From Escherichia coli (GTDB taxonomy: Bacteria; Pseudomonadota; Gammaproteobacteria; Enterobacterales; Enterobacteriaceae): a stretch of 64,000 nt of DNA. A program made the position numbers and the translations under genes. The notes beneath the pieces are model-generated. The model was not told where the DNA came from. It saw nothing but the letters and a program-made list of their open reading frames with translations, and made no database searches. Shown piece after piece: positions 33,767 through 45,348 of this stretch; the stretch's first letter is position 1, and every line of letters begins with the position of its first letter. The stretch lies in assembly GCF_003334785.1 (NCBI RefSeq), contig NZ_QOWV01000011.1, one strand, 5' to 3'.

Positions 33767-33786
33767 CTTCGCTTGTACAAGCGAAG
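33767..33786. promoter_or_regulatory. Perfect 20-bp palindrome cttcgcttgtacaagcgaag
   Basis: Direct read; lies in 1-kb ORF-free AT-rich spacer downstream of ParB-like genes. Confidence 0.5.
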
Positions 33787-34439
33787 CTATAATAAAAAAT
33801 CAATTAATTATTTTAAAAGTATTAAGCAAGAGCCTATTGACATTCGTAAAATAAAAGTTATTTTTAATGTATGCCATAAATAAAAAGTTTTATGTCATAT
33901 GTATCCTGCACTATGTGCAGTTAATGTGCCACTTGTCCCATATATGGGAATATTGGAAAGGTTACTTTGTTTTGAAGTAGCCTTTCGTCCTTCAATATTC
34001 ACGATTACTTATTGCTATTACCAAGTCCAGTCGAATCGAAGAACATCTTTTATCTGAAACGACTCCTAATACCAGGTTGAAGCCACAATATCTCTCGCAT
34101 AAGTAGACCAAAGAAAAATTATGATATTAACTATGTGATTTTTTTTAGTGTTAAGTTGAATAATTATATACTGGAGAGTTTTCTGTACACTACCAATTGC
34201 TGGTTCATCTGTTCTGCCGCTGATGTTTCTGACTAATCTCCCGGTGACACAGAACTGTCCCTCTCTACCAGCCTTTATTCGACTCAATGTCCGGCTGCTG
34301 ATACGCAGTTATCCCTTCGTATCAATGACTGACTCTTAAACGCAATGCTTTGGTTGCTGGCGTATCTGACAGCTTCTTCGGCGTGAAGGTCGTTGTGTAA
34401 GTATACTTCTTGGTTTATTTAGGCTATATAAAACCATGA

Positions 34440-35336
34440 CTATGACTGGCTGTTTTCAGTAAGAGTCTTATCATCCAAAGAATTTATTCTAGAAATTCTT
34501 TTTAACTCATTAAGATAATCAACCTCGTTTTCTAAGAACCAATGAAGAACTTTAGAGTTGCCAAGTAATTTATTAATATATGACTGGATTATAACGAATT
34601 TCAACATATCTGAACCATACTCGGTTTGAAGTTTTTTCGTTTCTTCCGAAGTTGTTGCCATTTCTTGTTCCAGACGAAGTATGGTTTTTTTTATGTCCTT
34701 TTTATAGGGAGTGTTTTTCCCTTTATTTACTATCATCGATGACGGTGTTGCATCCAAGATGCTCATTGCAAATTTTTTACTATAATTATCAAAATTAATC
34801 ATTGTACCGACTGCTTCAATTTGACGAATTGGCTTCATTTTCCTCAAAACGTCAAATGTAGCCTTAGGTATAGGTTTATCAGAAAGTTTCGCAATTACAC
34901 TTGGATCTATGCCGTTCATCACATTAGCTTTATCTTTTATGGCATCAACAGATATGCCCAAAGCAGCACTAAGTTTTTCAATTGATACTTTTGCCAGAGA
35001 CTTAATTATCATTCTATGTTCTTCAACTACATTTATATGATTCACTTGTTTGTTAGGAGTGAAAGCATCATCTATGCTCGAAAGTATACATGGAGCTTTT
35101 TCTATATCTAAGTCTTTTAAAGCCTCAACCCTTAAATGGCCATCAAGTATCTTAGTGACATCTTTATCTTTGTCATAGAATACTATTATTGGTTCAATAA
35201 TACCCAAGCTTTCGATAGAGGTAACTATTTGATGATATTTATGGCTTCGCTTTACGTTTTCTAATAATTCCTTAGATGGAATTAACTTATTAGTTTCCAG
35301 GTAAATAAAATTTTTGCCAAAACGTATCTGAATCAT
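34440..35336 (-). CDS. ParB/Srx-fold (ParB-like nuclease domain) protein
   Basis: 298 aa; N-terminal ParB-like pattern ...IEPIIVFYDKDKDVTKILDGHLRVEALKDLDIEKAPCIL. Confidence 0.55.
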   Translation of the reverse strand: MIQIRFGKNFIYLETNKLIPSKELLENVKRSHKYHQIVTSIESLGIIEPIIVFYDKDKDVTKILDGHLRVEALKDLDIEKAPCILSSIDDAFTPNKQVNHINVVEEHRMIIKSLAKVSIEKLSAALGISVDAIKDKANVMNGIDPSVIAKLSDKPIPKATFDVLRKMKPIRQIEAVGTMINFDNYSKKFAMSILDATPSSMIVNKGKNTPYKKDIKKTILRLEQEMATTSEETKKLQTEYGSDMLKFVIIQSYINKLLGNSKVLHWFLENEVDYLNELKRISRINSLDDKTLTENSQS

Positions 35337-36229
35337 TTTGATACCTCTTTGTTTACTGGGTTTAATATCTGAGATGGTAGTTCTGAAAGATTCTCTTGTT
35401 CAAGTATATTTTGAAAGCTTTTATTCATCATTATGATGTTAAAAATCTCATTTATTATTAGTAGATTGGTTTTTATAAATTTCGAGTTGTTATAAACAGA
35501 TTTATGTTCAGCGATACTATTTTCATAAAGCTCAATCAACTCCTCTGCAGTCATCCTTTTTGATGGTTTGTGATAATAAAATCCGGCTGCTTTTGCACCT
35601 TTATTCCCAACTGTTCTTTGATTTAGAATGTATTTTATCTTTATAATGTCCCGACTTTTTATTAATTTTTTATCATATGCTTCGGTAAGAATATCTTGTG
35701 CTTCCTCAGTTTCACATCTTGCAAATTGCACTGCGAGATACAGAGGCAAATTACCCCGTTCGACTGCTGAGAGAAGTTTATGCTCTCCCTTATCAAGAAG
35801 CATATTAATACTGCTCACCCAGTTCGATGAATATCCAGTAATCTCACTTATTTCGGAGTCTGAAAGTCCTCTGATTTTCATGTCTTTAATCACCTGTAAT
35901 AACTCATTAGAACGTGGTCTTCTCCTTGCAATGTTTTCAACTAAACTCATAACGTAAGCATCTTCTTCTGATACATCTCTTATAATTGCTGGAATAATAG
36001 TTTCACCTAATGCAACAAGAGCCTCTATTCTCCCTTGACCACAAATTAAAGCATATTTGAAATCGTCTTCATCAATAGCTCTTACGCTTATAGGCTTGCT
36101 TAATCCTCTTTTTTTTATGCTTTCCTTTATTTCTTCATGCACTACCTTATTTCTTGTTCGTGGGTTAAGAAATTTTATTTTTGCAATCTCAATTTGAATT
36201 ATTGGGAATTCATTTTTTTCAGGCAGCAT
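35333..36229 (-). CDS. ParB/Srx-fold (ParB-like) protein
   Basis: 298 aa; ...KPISVRAIDEDDFKYALICGQGRIEALVALGETIIPAIIRDVSEEDAYVMSLVENIARR resembles ParB N-terminal domain; 4-nt overlap with downstream gene. Confidence 0.6.
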   Translation of the reverse strand: MLPEKNEFPIIQIEIAKIKFLNPRTRNKVVHEEIKESIKKRGLSKPISVRAIDEDDFKYALICGQGRIEALVALGETIIPAIIRDVSEEDAYVMSLVENIARRRPRSNELLQVIKDMKIRGLSDSEISEITGYSSNWVSSINMLLDKGEHKLLSAVERGNLPLYLAVQFARCETEEAQDILTEAYDKKLIKSRDIIKIKYILNQRTVGNKGAKAAGFYYHKPSKRMTAEELIELYENSIAEHKSVYNNSKFIKTNLLIINEIFNIIMMNKSFQNILEQENLSELPSQILNPVNKEVSK

Positions 36230-37775
36230 ATAGTTCCCTCACTTTCATGCGAGTAATAATTTGTAGAAATTTATCAAGATTATCAAATCTATAGAGATCT
36301 AACCGAATGTTGTTTGTTTCCATCATACACATTTTACTATATTCGTTTTCAATCTTTGGTATGATATAAAAATCAAGAGGTGAAATATTTTGTGAATTCA
36401 TTCGTATAACAATTGTTATGTCTGCTTTCTGTGAGTTATCAAACCGGACTTTCCATCTAAGTTTACCTGATTTCATATGTATGCATTTAGTAACAAGGAC
36501 GGAAATTAAAAACTCATCATTGATGTAAAGCATTGGGTAATATTTATACTCGTCTATATGACAGTTACTTTTTAATATTTCGCCCTTAAAATCCTCAATT
36601 ATCTCTGAGTAAAATGATCTTAGTGCTTCATTTATTTGGAGATAGCTGTAATCATGTTCTGGCTTATAACCAATCAAAGTATATGCTCTTAAAAGACCAC
36701 CAAATCGGGTTCTATAAACAGAAGATGAAGGGCCTGTATCATCTTCATCAATGATAAAGCCTGATAGTTTTCCATTAGATTCTAATTTTTCTTTTAGCTT
36801 TTCTAATAGATCTTCATTAGTCAAATGAATGGATCGGAGCTGAATTATTTCTTGAGCTTTATTATATTTTTTCTTTGAAATAATTGGTTTATATGCCTTG
36901 TCACATCTAATCCATTCATGTTTGGGGTTTTTTACAAGCTTACTTTTTAGTTTAGATGAGGTTTTGTTATATATGTTGTTTCCAATATATTTTTCATTTG
37001 TCAAAATTTGATGTATTTTTGCACGAGTCCATGATGTTCCATTTTCTGCAGGTATGCTCTGTTCATTTAATCTCTCAGCAATAATGAATTCTGGGACGTT
37101 ACTATCTATAAAGAGATCATAGATTCTATTTACAATTTTTATTTCATTTTTTGGTCCCGGAATTAATATTACCCTATCTGTTTGAATACTCTTTCTTTTG
37201 CGGAAATTCAATATTTCTTTAGCTATGCCATTTTCGTCTACTAAAAGACGTCTCAGCCCATAACCAGCCATACCGCCTTGATGATAACCAAGCTTTATTA
37301 AATTTACTTGCCCTATAAATACCTTTTCAGATAGATTCCTGCTGTGATATGCAGCACTTGATCTTTTTATATTCAGTATAACAGAGGACTCTAAAGGGAA
37401 ATCTTTAGTGGGTATAGGTTCGGAACAATATATAAGATCTACACCATTTCTTTCAAATAGAAAGGAATAATATGCAGCTTCATCACTATTTTGAAAACGA
37501 CCAAAACGGCTCACATCATAAAATAATACAGCCTGTATATCTATTTTCTTTTGTTCTACATCGCTAAGTAACTGCTGCAAAGAATGCCTGCCTACGATAC
37601 TGACTCCGCTCTTACCTGCATCATCGTAGGTATAAGCGATTTCCATATTGTTCTTTTCAGCATAATCTTTGATATATTCAGACTGATTATGTAAAGAATA
37701 TTGCTGATGGTCGGTAGACATCCTCAAGTACTGTGCGACCCTAACTCTATGATTTTTTTCATTTCCGCTAGCCAT
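36219..37775 (-). CDS. Large serine recombinase (resolvase + recombinase domains)
   Basis: N-terminal resolvase motif YLRMSTDHQQYSLHNQ with catalytic-Ser context and DVSRFGRF; downstream recombinase-domain pattern (SWTRAKIHQILTNEKYIGN); start at ATG 37775. Confidence 0.7.
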   Translation of the reverse strand: MASGNEKNHRVRVAQYLRMSTDHQQYSLHNQSEYIKDYAEKNNMEIAYTYDDAGKSGVSIVGRHSLQQLLSDVEQKKIDIQAVLFYDVSRFGRFQNSDEAAYYSFLFERNGVDLIYCSEPIPTKDFPLESSVILNIKRSSAAYHSRNLSEKVFIGQVNLIKLGYHQGGMAGYGLRRLLVDENGIAKEILNFRKRKSIQTDRVILIPGPKNEIKIVNRIYDLFIDSNVPEFIIAERLNEQSIPAENGTSWTRAKIHQILTNEKYIGNNIYNKTSSKLKSKLVKNPKHEWIRCDKAYKPIISKKKYNKAQEIIQLRSIHLTNEDLLEKLKEKLESNGKLSGFIIDEDDTGPSSSVYRTRFGGLLRAYTLIGYKPEHDYSYLQINEALRSFYSEIIEDFKGEILKSNCHIDEYKYYPMLYINDEFLISVLVTKCIHMKSGKLRWKVRFDNSQKADITIVIRMNSQNISPLDFYIIPKIENEYSKMCMMETNNIRLDLYRFDNLDKFLQIITRMKVRELYAA

Positions 37776-38057
37776 GCACAAAACCTCATGGATGATTCAA
37801 TACAATGTAGAGGATAAAATTGATCAAATTTTAACCGAATTCAACTGTTTTATCATTGATTAGAGCGAATTTGGTAGTTCTTCGAGGTGTATGATAATCG
37901 AGAAGAGATGTGAATTATTTAGCTGATATGACCGACAGCTTTCGTTATGTGGCCTCAAGGTACCCATTTGTAAATGGCTATGCTTAGTCCACATAGGTTA
38001 ATGGTGTGATCATTAATTCTTCAAATAAATCAAGATAGTTAACCCATCATGGAAGAG

Positions 38058-39287
38058 TTATGCGGCAATAACTTTGTATTTTTGAGACGAAACATAGTCA
38101 CTCCACCATTGCATGAGAACCACACGTTCTGTGAGATACTCTGCACGATTGTAGGCTGCAATTATTTCATCTTTTTTCGAGTGGGCAAGGGCGGCTTCTA
38201 AGACATCAGTTCTAAACTTGCCACACTCCTCAGCCGCCGTTCTAGCGATTGATCGCATACCATGAGCTACAAGCTCACCTCCGAAGCCCATACGGATTAT
38301 AGCCGCATTAGCTGTTTGTTCATGCATGTGATTGAGTGGAGCTTTGATACTGGGAAAAACCCACTCTCTATGCCCGCTGATGGCTTTCATTGAATCCAAG
38401 ACTCGCAAAGATTCTTTGCTCAGTGGAACTTTGTGAGGCTTCTTCATTTTCATAAACTCCGCCGGGATGTTCCACATGCTGGTTTCTATATCAATATCTG
38501 ACCATCTTGTGCGAACAGCTTCACCAGGGCGAACCCATGTGAGAAGTTGCCACTCAATCAGTAGCCTTGTTTCTAAACGGATAGAAGCATTGTTTAGAGC
38601 AACCAGGAAGCGGGGGAGTTCGGAAGGGGGTAATGCTGGCATATTCTGTTTTTTTGGCTTGCTGAACCGTTGCCCCAGGTTGTCAGCCGGATTGAATTCT
38701 ATGAGTTCTTCTGTTGCTGCATAGCGGAAAATTTCATTCAGGCGGGATATGACGCGGCGAAGTGTTTCAAGGACACCTCGTTTTTCTATGGGGTCTAAAT
38801 GCTGTTTAAGCATTTTAGGGCGAATCTCCTTAATGGGGGTATCACCCAACGTTGGAAAGATATTTCTCTCTAGGCTTCGCCAGATGTCGTTAGCATGATC
38901 CTGGGAGATGCCTGACGTTTTGACTTTCTCATCAAGCCACTTCTTGGCTACTGCTTGAAATGTATGTTCCGTTGCATCCTTAAGGGCATTGGCTTTGTGG
39001 GTGTTATGAACTTGTGGGTCTATACCATTTGCAAGCAACGACAAGTACTCATCACGTAAAGCTCGTGCCTTCGCAAGTGTAAGGTGAGGATAGGTTCCTA
39101 AGCTCACCTTAGTTCGCTTTTTGGTCACAGGCACTGCATATCTGAAATACCAATTTTTCTTTCCTCCCTTCGCTAAGGGGGCGATTCGCAGGAGCAAACC
39201 ATCGCCGTCAAAAAGGTTAACCTCTTTCTCGGCAGGTTTGGTGCTTTTGATTTCAGTGTCAGTGAGCTTCTTAGCGATTTTTGCCAT
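38058..39287 (-). CDS. P4-type tyrosine integrase (IntA-like) next to ssrA
   Basis: Start at MAKIAKKLTDTEIKS (ATG 39287) in ORF 38058-39431; C-terminal catalytic region with HGMRSIARTAA and terminal tyrosine context; directly 5' of tmRNA 3' end. Confidence 0.85.
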   Translation of the reverse strand: MAKIAKKLTDTEIKSTKPAEKEVNLFDGDGLLLRIAPLAKGGKKNWYFRYAVPVTKKRTKVSLGTYPHLTLAKARALRDEYLSLLANGIDPQVHNTHKANALKDATEHTFQAVAKKWLDEKVKTSGISQDHANDIWRSLERNIFPTLGDTPIKEIRPKMLKQHLDPIEKRGVLETLRRVISRLNEIFRYAATEELIEFNPADNLGQRFSKPKKQNMPALPPSELPRFLVALNNASIRLETRLLIEWQLLTWVRPGEAVRTRWSDIDIETSMWNIPAEFMKMKKPHKVPLSKESLRVLDSMKAISGHREWVFPSIKAPLNHMHEQTANAAIIRMGFGGELVAHGMRSIARTAAEECGKFRTDVLEAALAHSKKDEIIAAYNRAEYLTERVVLMQWWSDYVSSQKYKVIAA

Positions 39288-39453
39288 GTTTGGGACCCTC
39301 ATGTTTTGGACCCTTTGTGTTGGGTCCCAAAAAGGGTGCCATAACGAGTAGATTCTAGCAATTCTCGGTAGACTACTATAGACGTAAAAAAGCCCGCAAG
39401 GCTGGTTCCATGCGGGCTTGATAGACTTCACTGAACTTCAATATATCAAAAAT

Positions 39454-39816
39454 TGGTGGAGCTGGCGGGAGTTGAACCCGCGTCCGAAATTCCTACATCC
39501 TCGGTACTACATGCTTAGTCAGTCTTTACATTCGCTTGCCAGCTGCGGACGGACACGCCACTAACAAACTAGCCTGATTAAGTTTTAACGCTTCAACCCC
39601 AGGCAGGGCTTCCACGCGATCTCTTTTGGGTTTGACCTCTCTTGATCCCCGTCCTAAGAGCGGAGGCTAGGGAGAGAGGGCTCTAAGCAGGTTATTAAGC
39701 TGCTAAAGCGTAGTTTTCGTCGTTTGCGACTATTTTTTGCGGCTTTTTACGAGGCCAACCGCCCCTCGGCATGCACCTTGGGTTTCGCAAATCCCGTCGA
39801 ATCCAGAATCAGCCCC
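39454..39816 (-). ncRNA. ssrA: tmRNA (SsrA)
   Basis: 363 nt; minus-strand sense begins ggggctgattctggattcgacggg and ends ...gggttcaactcccgccagctccacca; tag-encoding region present. Confidence 0.95.
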
Positions 39817-40030
39817 AATGTGTAAAGGTAAGTATACCAGATTTATGAGCGCCATGACCAGCCTCAATGGCGTTATCGTTAAAGATTTAGCACCCATGTA
39901 GCCTGATTTTTATTCGATTAAGCAATGGGATGGCAACATTTGTGTCGGATGTGATAGCCAATAAGATGTTCATTCGCGCCGCCGGAGAGGGAGGCGCGGT
40001 GAGGAACTGGTCAATAATTGGAGTGCAGGT

Positions 40031-40513
40031 TTAACGGTGGGCGTTTTTCATGATACGTGCTTTATCCACCTGCCATTCGCGCTCTTTGATATCTGAACGT
40101 TTATCGTGCTGTTTCTTACCTTTGGCGACGCCGATTTTCACTTTGCACCAGGCATTTTTCCAGTACAGGGAGAGCGCCACTACGGTATAGCCTTCTCGAT
40201 TGACGCGACCGTACAATGAGTCCAGTTCGCGCTGGTTGAGAAGTAACTTGCGGGTACGGGTAGGATCGCACACCACATGCGTGGAGGCCACGGCCATTGG
40301 CGTGATGTTAGCGCCAAACAGAAATGCCTCTCCGTCACGCAGAAGGACGTAGCTGTCGCTGATATTGGCTTTTCCTGCGCGCAGGGATTTAACTTCCCAG
40401 CCTTGCAGGGCAAGTCCCGCTTCGAACTCTTCTTCGATAAAGTATTCGTGACGGGCGCGCTTGTTAAGCGCGATGGTCGCTGAACCAGGTTTATGTGCTT
40501 TTTTCTTCGTCAT
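40031..40513 (-). CDS. smpB: SsrA-binding protein SmpB
   Basis: 160 aa; sequence recognised; adjacent to ssrA. Confidence 0.93.
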
Positions 40514-40644
40514 AAGCGTCGTGAATCATCGGTAATCTGAAATCGAAAACACCCCATATCAATCCTGCGGGGGACAAGGCTCTATCTTAGCATGAACCCG
40601 ATGTTACCCAGCGCCGGGATAGCGTTTTTTTTACAGCAGGATAA

Positions 40645-41121
40645 ATGATATTATTTGTTGGATTTTTGTTGATGGAAATTGTTATGCCTCAGATTAGCCG
40701 GACCGCACTGGTACCCTACAGCGCGGAGCAAATGTATCAGTTAGTGAATGACGTTCAGTCTTATCCTCAGTTTTTGCCGGGTTGTACCGGAAGTCGGATT
40801 CTGGAGTCCACTCCTGGGCAGATGACTGCGGCGGTAGATGTCTCTAAGGCTGGGATCAGCAAAACGTTTACTACCCGCAACCAGTTGACCAGTAACCAAA
40901 GTATTCTTATGAATCTGGTGGATGGGCCGTTCAAGAAATTGATTGGTGGATGGAAGTTTACGCCGCTGAGCCAGGAGGCGTGTCGTATCGAGTTTCATCT
41001 CGACTTTGAGTTTACCAATAAGTTGATTGAACTCGCCTTTGGTCGCGTGTTTAAAGAGCTGGCGGCTAATATGGTCCAGGCTTTTACGGTTCGTGCGAAA
41101 GAGGTTTACAGTGCCAGGTAA
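40645..41121 (+). CDS. ratA: Ribosome association toxin RatA (YfjG, SRPBCC family)
   Basis: 158 aa ORF; synteny smpB-ratA-ratB-bamE. Confidence 0.8.
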   Translation: MILFVGFLLMEIVMPQISRTALVPYSAEQMYQLVNDVQSYPQFLPGCTGSRILESTPGQMTAAVDVSKAGISKTFTTRNQLTSNQSILMNLVDGPFKKLIGGWKFTPLSQEACRIEFHLDFEFTNKLIELAFGRVFKELAANMVQAFTVRAKEVYSAR

Positions 41122-41401
41122 AATTGCCGTTGAGGTGGCTTATGCGCTACCTGAGAAGCAGTACCTGCAGCGAGTGACGCTGCAGGAGGGCGCGACGGTT
41201 GAAGAAGCTATTCGCGCCAGTGGCTTGCTGGAATTGCGTACCGATATCGATTTAACTAAAAACAAAGTCGGCATTTACAGCCGTCCGGCAAAACTAAGCG
41301 ATAGTGTGCATGATGGCGATCGGGTGGAGATTTATCGCCCTCTCATTGCCGATCCGAAAGAGCTTCGCAGGCAACGAGCAGAAAAATCAGCGAATAAATA
41401 A
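41111..41401 (+). CDS. ratB: RatB (YfjF, UPF0125)
   Basis: GTG start at 41111 giving [18 protein letters not shown]...; overlaps ratA end. Confidence 0.7.
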
Positions 41402-41462
41402 CAGACAGAAAAAAGGTGCTCATTGAGCACCTTTTTTAACGTCTTTGAGAGCAACTTTATTA

Positions 41463-41804
41463 TTAGTTACCACTCAGCGCAGGTTTGTTATCAATATTGG
41501 TCAACACACCGCTACTGTTAAAGGTCAGCGTCAGCGTTTGCTGAGTTACACCTTCATGACCTGGTTGCTGGCGGAAGACATAGAACCAGGTATTCGTACC
41601 AAATGGATCGGACATCAGCGGTGTACCCAATGCGTACGCAACTTGTTGTTGCGTCATGCCAACACGTATTTTGGATACGTCGTTAGCGGTCAGATAGTTC
41701 CCCTGGTTGATGTCAGGACGGTAAACCACTCGCTCCAGAGTGGAACAGCCTGCGGTCAACATCAATAGTACTGCTGCTGCAGCAGTCAGCGTTTTACAGC
41801 GCAT
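41463..41804 (-). CDS. bamE: Outer membrane protein assembly factor BamE (SmpA)
   Basis: 113 aa lipoprotein, lipobox LTAGC. Confidence 0.9.
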
Positions 41805-41952
41805 AGTGATTTGATTCCTTTTCGGGCCCGAGCAGTACGTGGCTCATCTGTAATATGCCGATGATAATAGACCTTTCATCACTTTAAAACCTTTTGCTTT
41901 CCGGTCTTACGGCGTTTTGCTGTTTACTCTGACCGTGAAGCAGGAAAAAAGT

Positions 41953-43614
41953 TTACGCTGCAAGCAGTTCTTTCGCATTCGCCAGTGTATTACGTGTGAC
42001 TTCACTGCCACCAAGCAGGCGCGCCAGCTCTTGTAACCGCGCTTTTTTATTCAGGGATTGCATATGCGTTTCTGTCATCGCACCATCGGTTTCTTTGCTG
42101 ACAAAATAGTGTTGATGACCACATCCCGCGACTTGTGGCAGGTGGGTAACACACATCACCTGAGTTGATTCGCCGAGTTGACGCAGCAGTTTGCCGACAA
42201 CTGCCGCTGTTGGACCGCTAATCCCTACATCCACTTCATCAAAAATCAGTACCGGGGTTTCCATTTTACGCGCCGTGATGACCTGGATTGCCAGTGCGAT
42301 GCGGGACAATTCACCACCGGATGCGACTTTGGCAATAGGCTGCATTGGCTGACCTGGGTTGGTGGTTACCCGAAACTCAATACGATCGGCACCGTCAGCG
42401 CCCAGGTGATGCTCGTCAAATTTAACATCGATCGTAAACTGCCCATGCGGCATTGAGAGCGCATGCATACTGTCGGTGATCAGCTGTGCAAGTTCTTCTG
42501 CATATTGCTGGCGTTGTTGGTGTAATGCGCGCGCGATTTCCAGTGCCTGCTGATGATGTTTCGTTACCGCCAGCGCAAGCGTTTCTTGTGAGTCGGCCTG
42601 ATCGTCCAGTTGCTGCTGTTCTTCCAGTAGCGACTGGTAATACTGTGGCAATGCCTCAGGGCTGACGTGATGTTTACGTGCCAGCGAAATCTGTTTTGAG
42701 ATGCGCTGTTCAAGTTCAAATAGTCGGTTGGGATCGAGATCCAGACGATCGCAGTAGTGGCGCAGTTCATCGCTGGCTTCAGCAATCTGGATGGTAGCTT
42801 CTTCCAGCATATCAAGTACGCCGGACAGTTTGCTGTCCATGCCAATCAATTCGCTCACCAGTTGTTTAGCCGTGTAAAGCTGACTTTGCAGGTTTGCGTC
42901 TTCACCGTCGGCCATTAATGCCAATGCATTCTGGCTGGTGGTCAGCAATTGACCGCTGTTCGCCAGACGTTTGTACTCTTCGTCGATTTGTTCAAACTCT
43001 CCGGGCTGCGGATTAAATTCGTTAAGTTCTTTTAATTGGTATTGCAGCAGTTCCGCACGGGCGGCGCGTTCCTGACTTAACTGTTGATGATGCGCGAGGT
43101 CACGGCAGCTTTGATGCCACAACTGATAACGTGCGGTCATTTCCTGCAGTAGAGAGGTTTCATTGGCATAGCCATCAAGCAGGAATTTTTGGTGCTCAGG
43201 TTTGGTGAGTAATTGATGAGCGTGCTGACCATGGATCTGAATCAGCAACTGACCCAGTTCGCGCAGTTGTGACAGAGGAACAGCTGTACCGTTGATGAAA
43301 CCACGGGAGCGACCATCGCTGCTGATCACGCGACGAAGCAAACATTCATGCCCGTCTTCAAGCTGGTTTTCTTCCAGCCAGCGCAGAGCCGCTGGCGTAT
43401 CTTTCAGAGAAAAACGGGCGCACAGGTCAGCGCGAGCAGCGCCGGTACGCACCATGTCGGCTTCAGCGCGACCACCGAGACAAAGACCGAGGGCATCTAT
43501 TGCAATAGATTTACCCGCGCCGGTCTCGCCAGTTATTACGGTCATGCCGCTATGAAAATCAATCTCAAGCTCACGAACGATAGCAAAGTTGCTGATGGTC
43601 AGTTGTGCCAACAT
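41953..43614 (-). CDS. recN: DNA repair protein RecN
   Basis: 553 aa SMC-like ATPase; Walker A GETGAGKS. Confidence 0.93.
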   Translation of the reverse strand: MLAQLTISNFAIVRELEIDFHSGMTVITGETGAGKSIAIDALGLCLGGRAEADMVRTGAARADLCARFSLKDTPAALRWLEENQLEDGHECLLRRVISSDGRSRGFINGTAVPLSQLRELGQLLIQIHGQHAHQLLTKPEHQKFLLDGYANETSLLQEMTARYQLWHQSCRDLAHHQQLSQERAARAELLQYQLKELNEFNPQPGEFEQIDEEYKRLANSGQLLTTSQNALALMADGEDANLQSQLYTAKQLVSELIGMDSKLSGVLDMLEEATIQIAEASDELRHYCDRLDLDPNRLFELEQRISKQISLARKHHVSPEALPQYYQSLLEEQQQLDDQADSQETLALAVTKHHQQALEIARALHQQRQQYAEELAQLITDSMHALSMPHGQFTIDVKFDEHHLGADGADRIEFRVTTNPGQPMQPIAKVASGGELSRIALAIQVITARKMETPVLIFDEVDVGISGPTAAVVGKLLRQLGESTQVMCVTHLPQVAGCGHQHYFVSKETDGAMTETHMQSLNKKARLQELARLLGGSEVTRNTLANAKELLAA

Positions 43615-43640
43615 AGTCGTTTTCCTGTATGAAAAACCAT

Positions 43641-43681
43641 TACTGTTATTGTGTACAGTATAAACTGGTTTTATATACAGT
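43641..43681 (-). promoter_or_regulatory. LexA (SOS) boxes in recN promoter
   Basis: tactgttattgtgtacagta (CTGT-N8-ACAG) and adjacent ctggttttatatacag half-degenerate box just upstream of recN. Confidence 0.7.
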
Positions 43682-43699
43682 AAAGAGGCTGGCGTAAAA

Positions 43700-44578
43700 T
43701 TAGAATAATTTTTTTGACCAGCCGAGCTTGGTGCTTAATGTGTTGAAATAACTGTAATCTTTCGGATGAATCAGATTCAGATGGTAATCACAGCGACGAA
43801 TCAGGACATCTTCACCTTCCTGAATCGGCAGTGCTATCTGGCTGTCGCAACTGATTTCCAGGTCGTTACGGCGATGCGAAAAACGCAGACGGATCGTGCT
43901 GCTGCTGTTTATGACCAGTGGTCGTGCTGACAACGTATGCGGGAACATGGGCACCAGGGTAATCGCATCCAGAGAGGGGGTCAGAATAGGACCGCCTGCA
44001 GAGAGGGAATAGGCGGTGGAGCCTGTTGGCGTCGAAATAATTAGTCCATCAGATCGCTGAGAAAACGCAAAGATCTCGTCGATATACACTTCGAACTCAA
44101 TCATATGCGCCACTTTGCCTGGATGAAGCACCACTTCATTTATCGCGGTGCTGATGCGTTTCTGGCAATCTTGCTGACAGACTTGCGCTTCCAGCAAAAA
44201 ACGTTTCTCGCTGATGTAGTGGCCTTCCAGCACATCGGCTAACTGTTGCTGGGCGTTATCGGGGTCAAGGTCAGTCAGGAAACCCAGGTTGCCACGGTTG
44301 ATTCCAATAACTTTAATATCGTAACGGGCGAGTGTGCGTGCCGCGCCCAGCATATTACCGTCGCCACCAACGACTACCGCGAGATCAGCTAGTTGCCCAA
44401 TCTCCGCGAGCGTGCCAGTTTTCACATTCTTCAGTTGCAGTTCGTGAGCGATTTGTTGCTCAACGATGACCTCGTAACCTTTTGTGCACAGCCAGCGGTA
44501 GAGCATTTCATGTGTTGTCAGTGCAGTGGGGTGCCGTGGGTGTCCCACAATGCCAATACACTTGAAATGATTATTCAT
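43700..44578 (-). CDS. nadK: NAD kinase
   Basis: 292 aa; GGDGN motif. Confidence 0.93.
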
Positions 44579-44624
44579 TTTTCCGAGGTCCTTGTTGCGA
44601 AGATTGATGACAATGTGAGTGCTT

Positions 44625-44656
44625 CCCTTGAAACCCTGAAACTGATCCCCATAATA
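44625..44656 (+). promoter_or_regulatory. sigma-32 heat-shock promoter of grpE
   Basis: -35 cccttgaaa and -10 ccccataat with 13-bp spacer, about 45 nt upstream of grpE ATG. Confidence 0.7.
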
Positions 44657-44667
44657 AGCGAAGTTAG

Positions 44668-45294
<627 letters not shown>

Positions 45295-45348
45295 TTTCTG
45301 CTTTCGTAATAATTCACGGCCCTGCATGCGAATGCCGGGCCGTTTTCG

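Noticed and set aside
34066-34287. 73-aa minus-strand ORF in the 1-kb spacer
   Set aside because: No RBS, odd composition; kept only as part of the noncoding-spacer observation.
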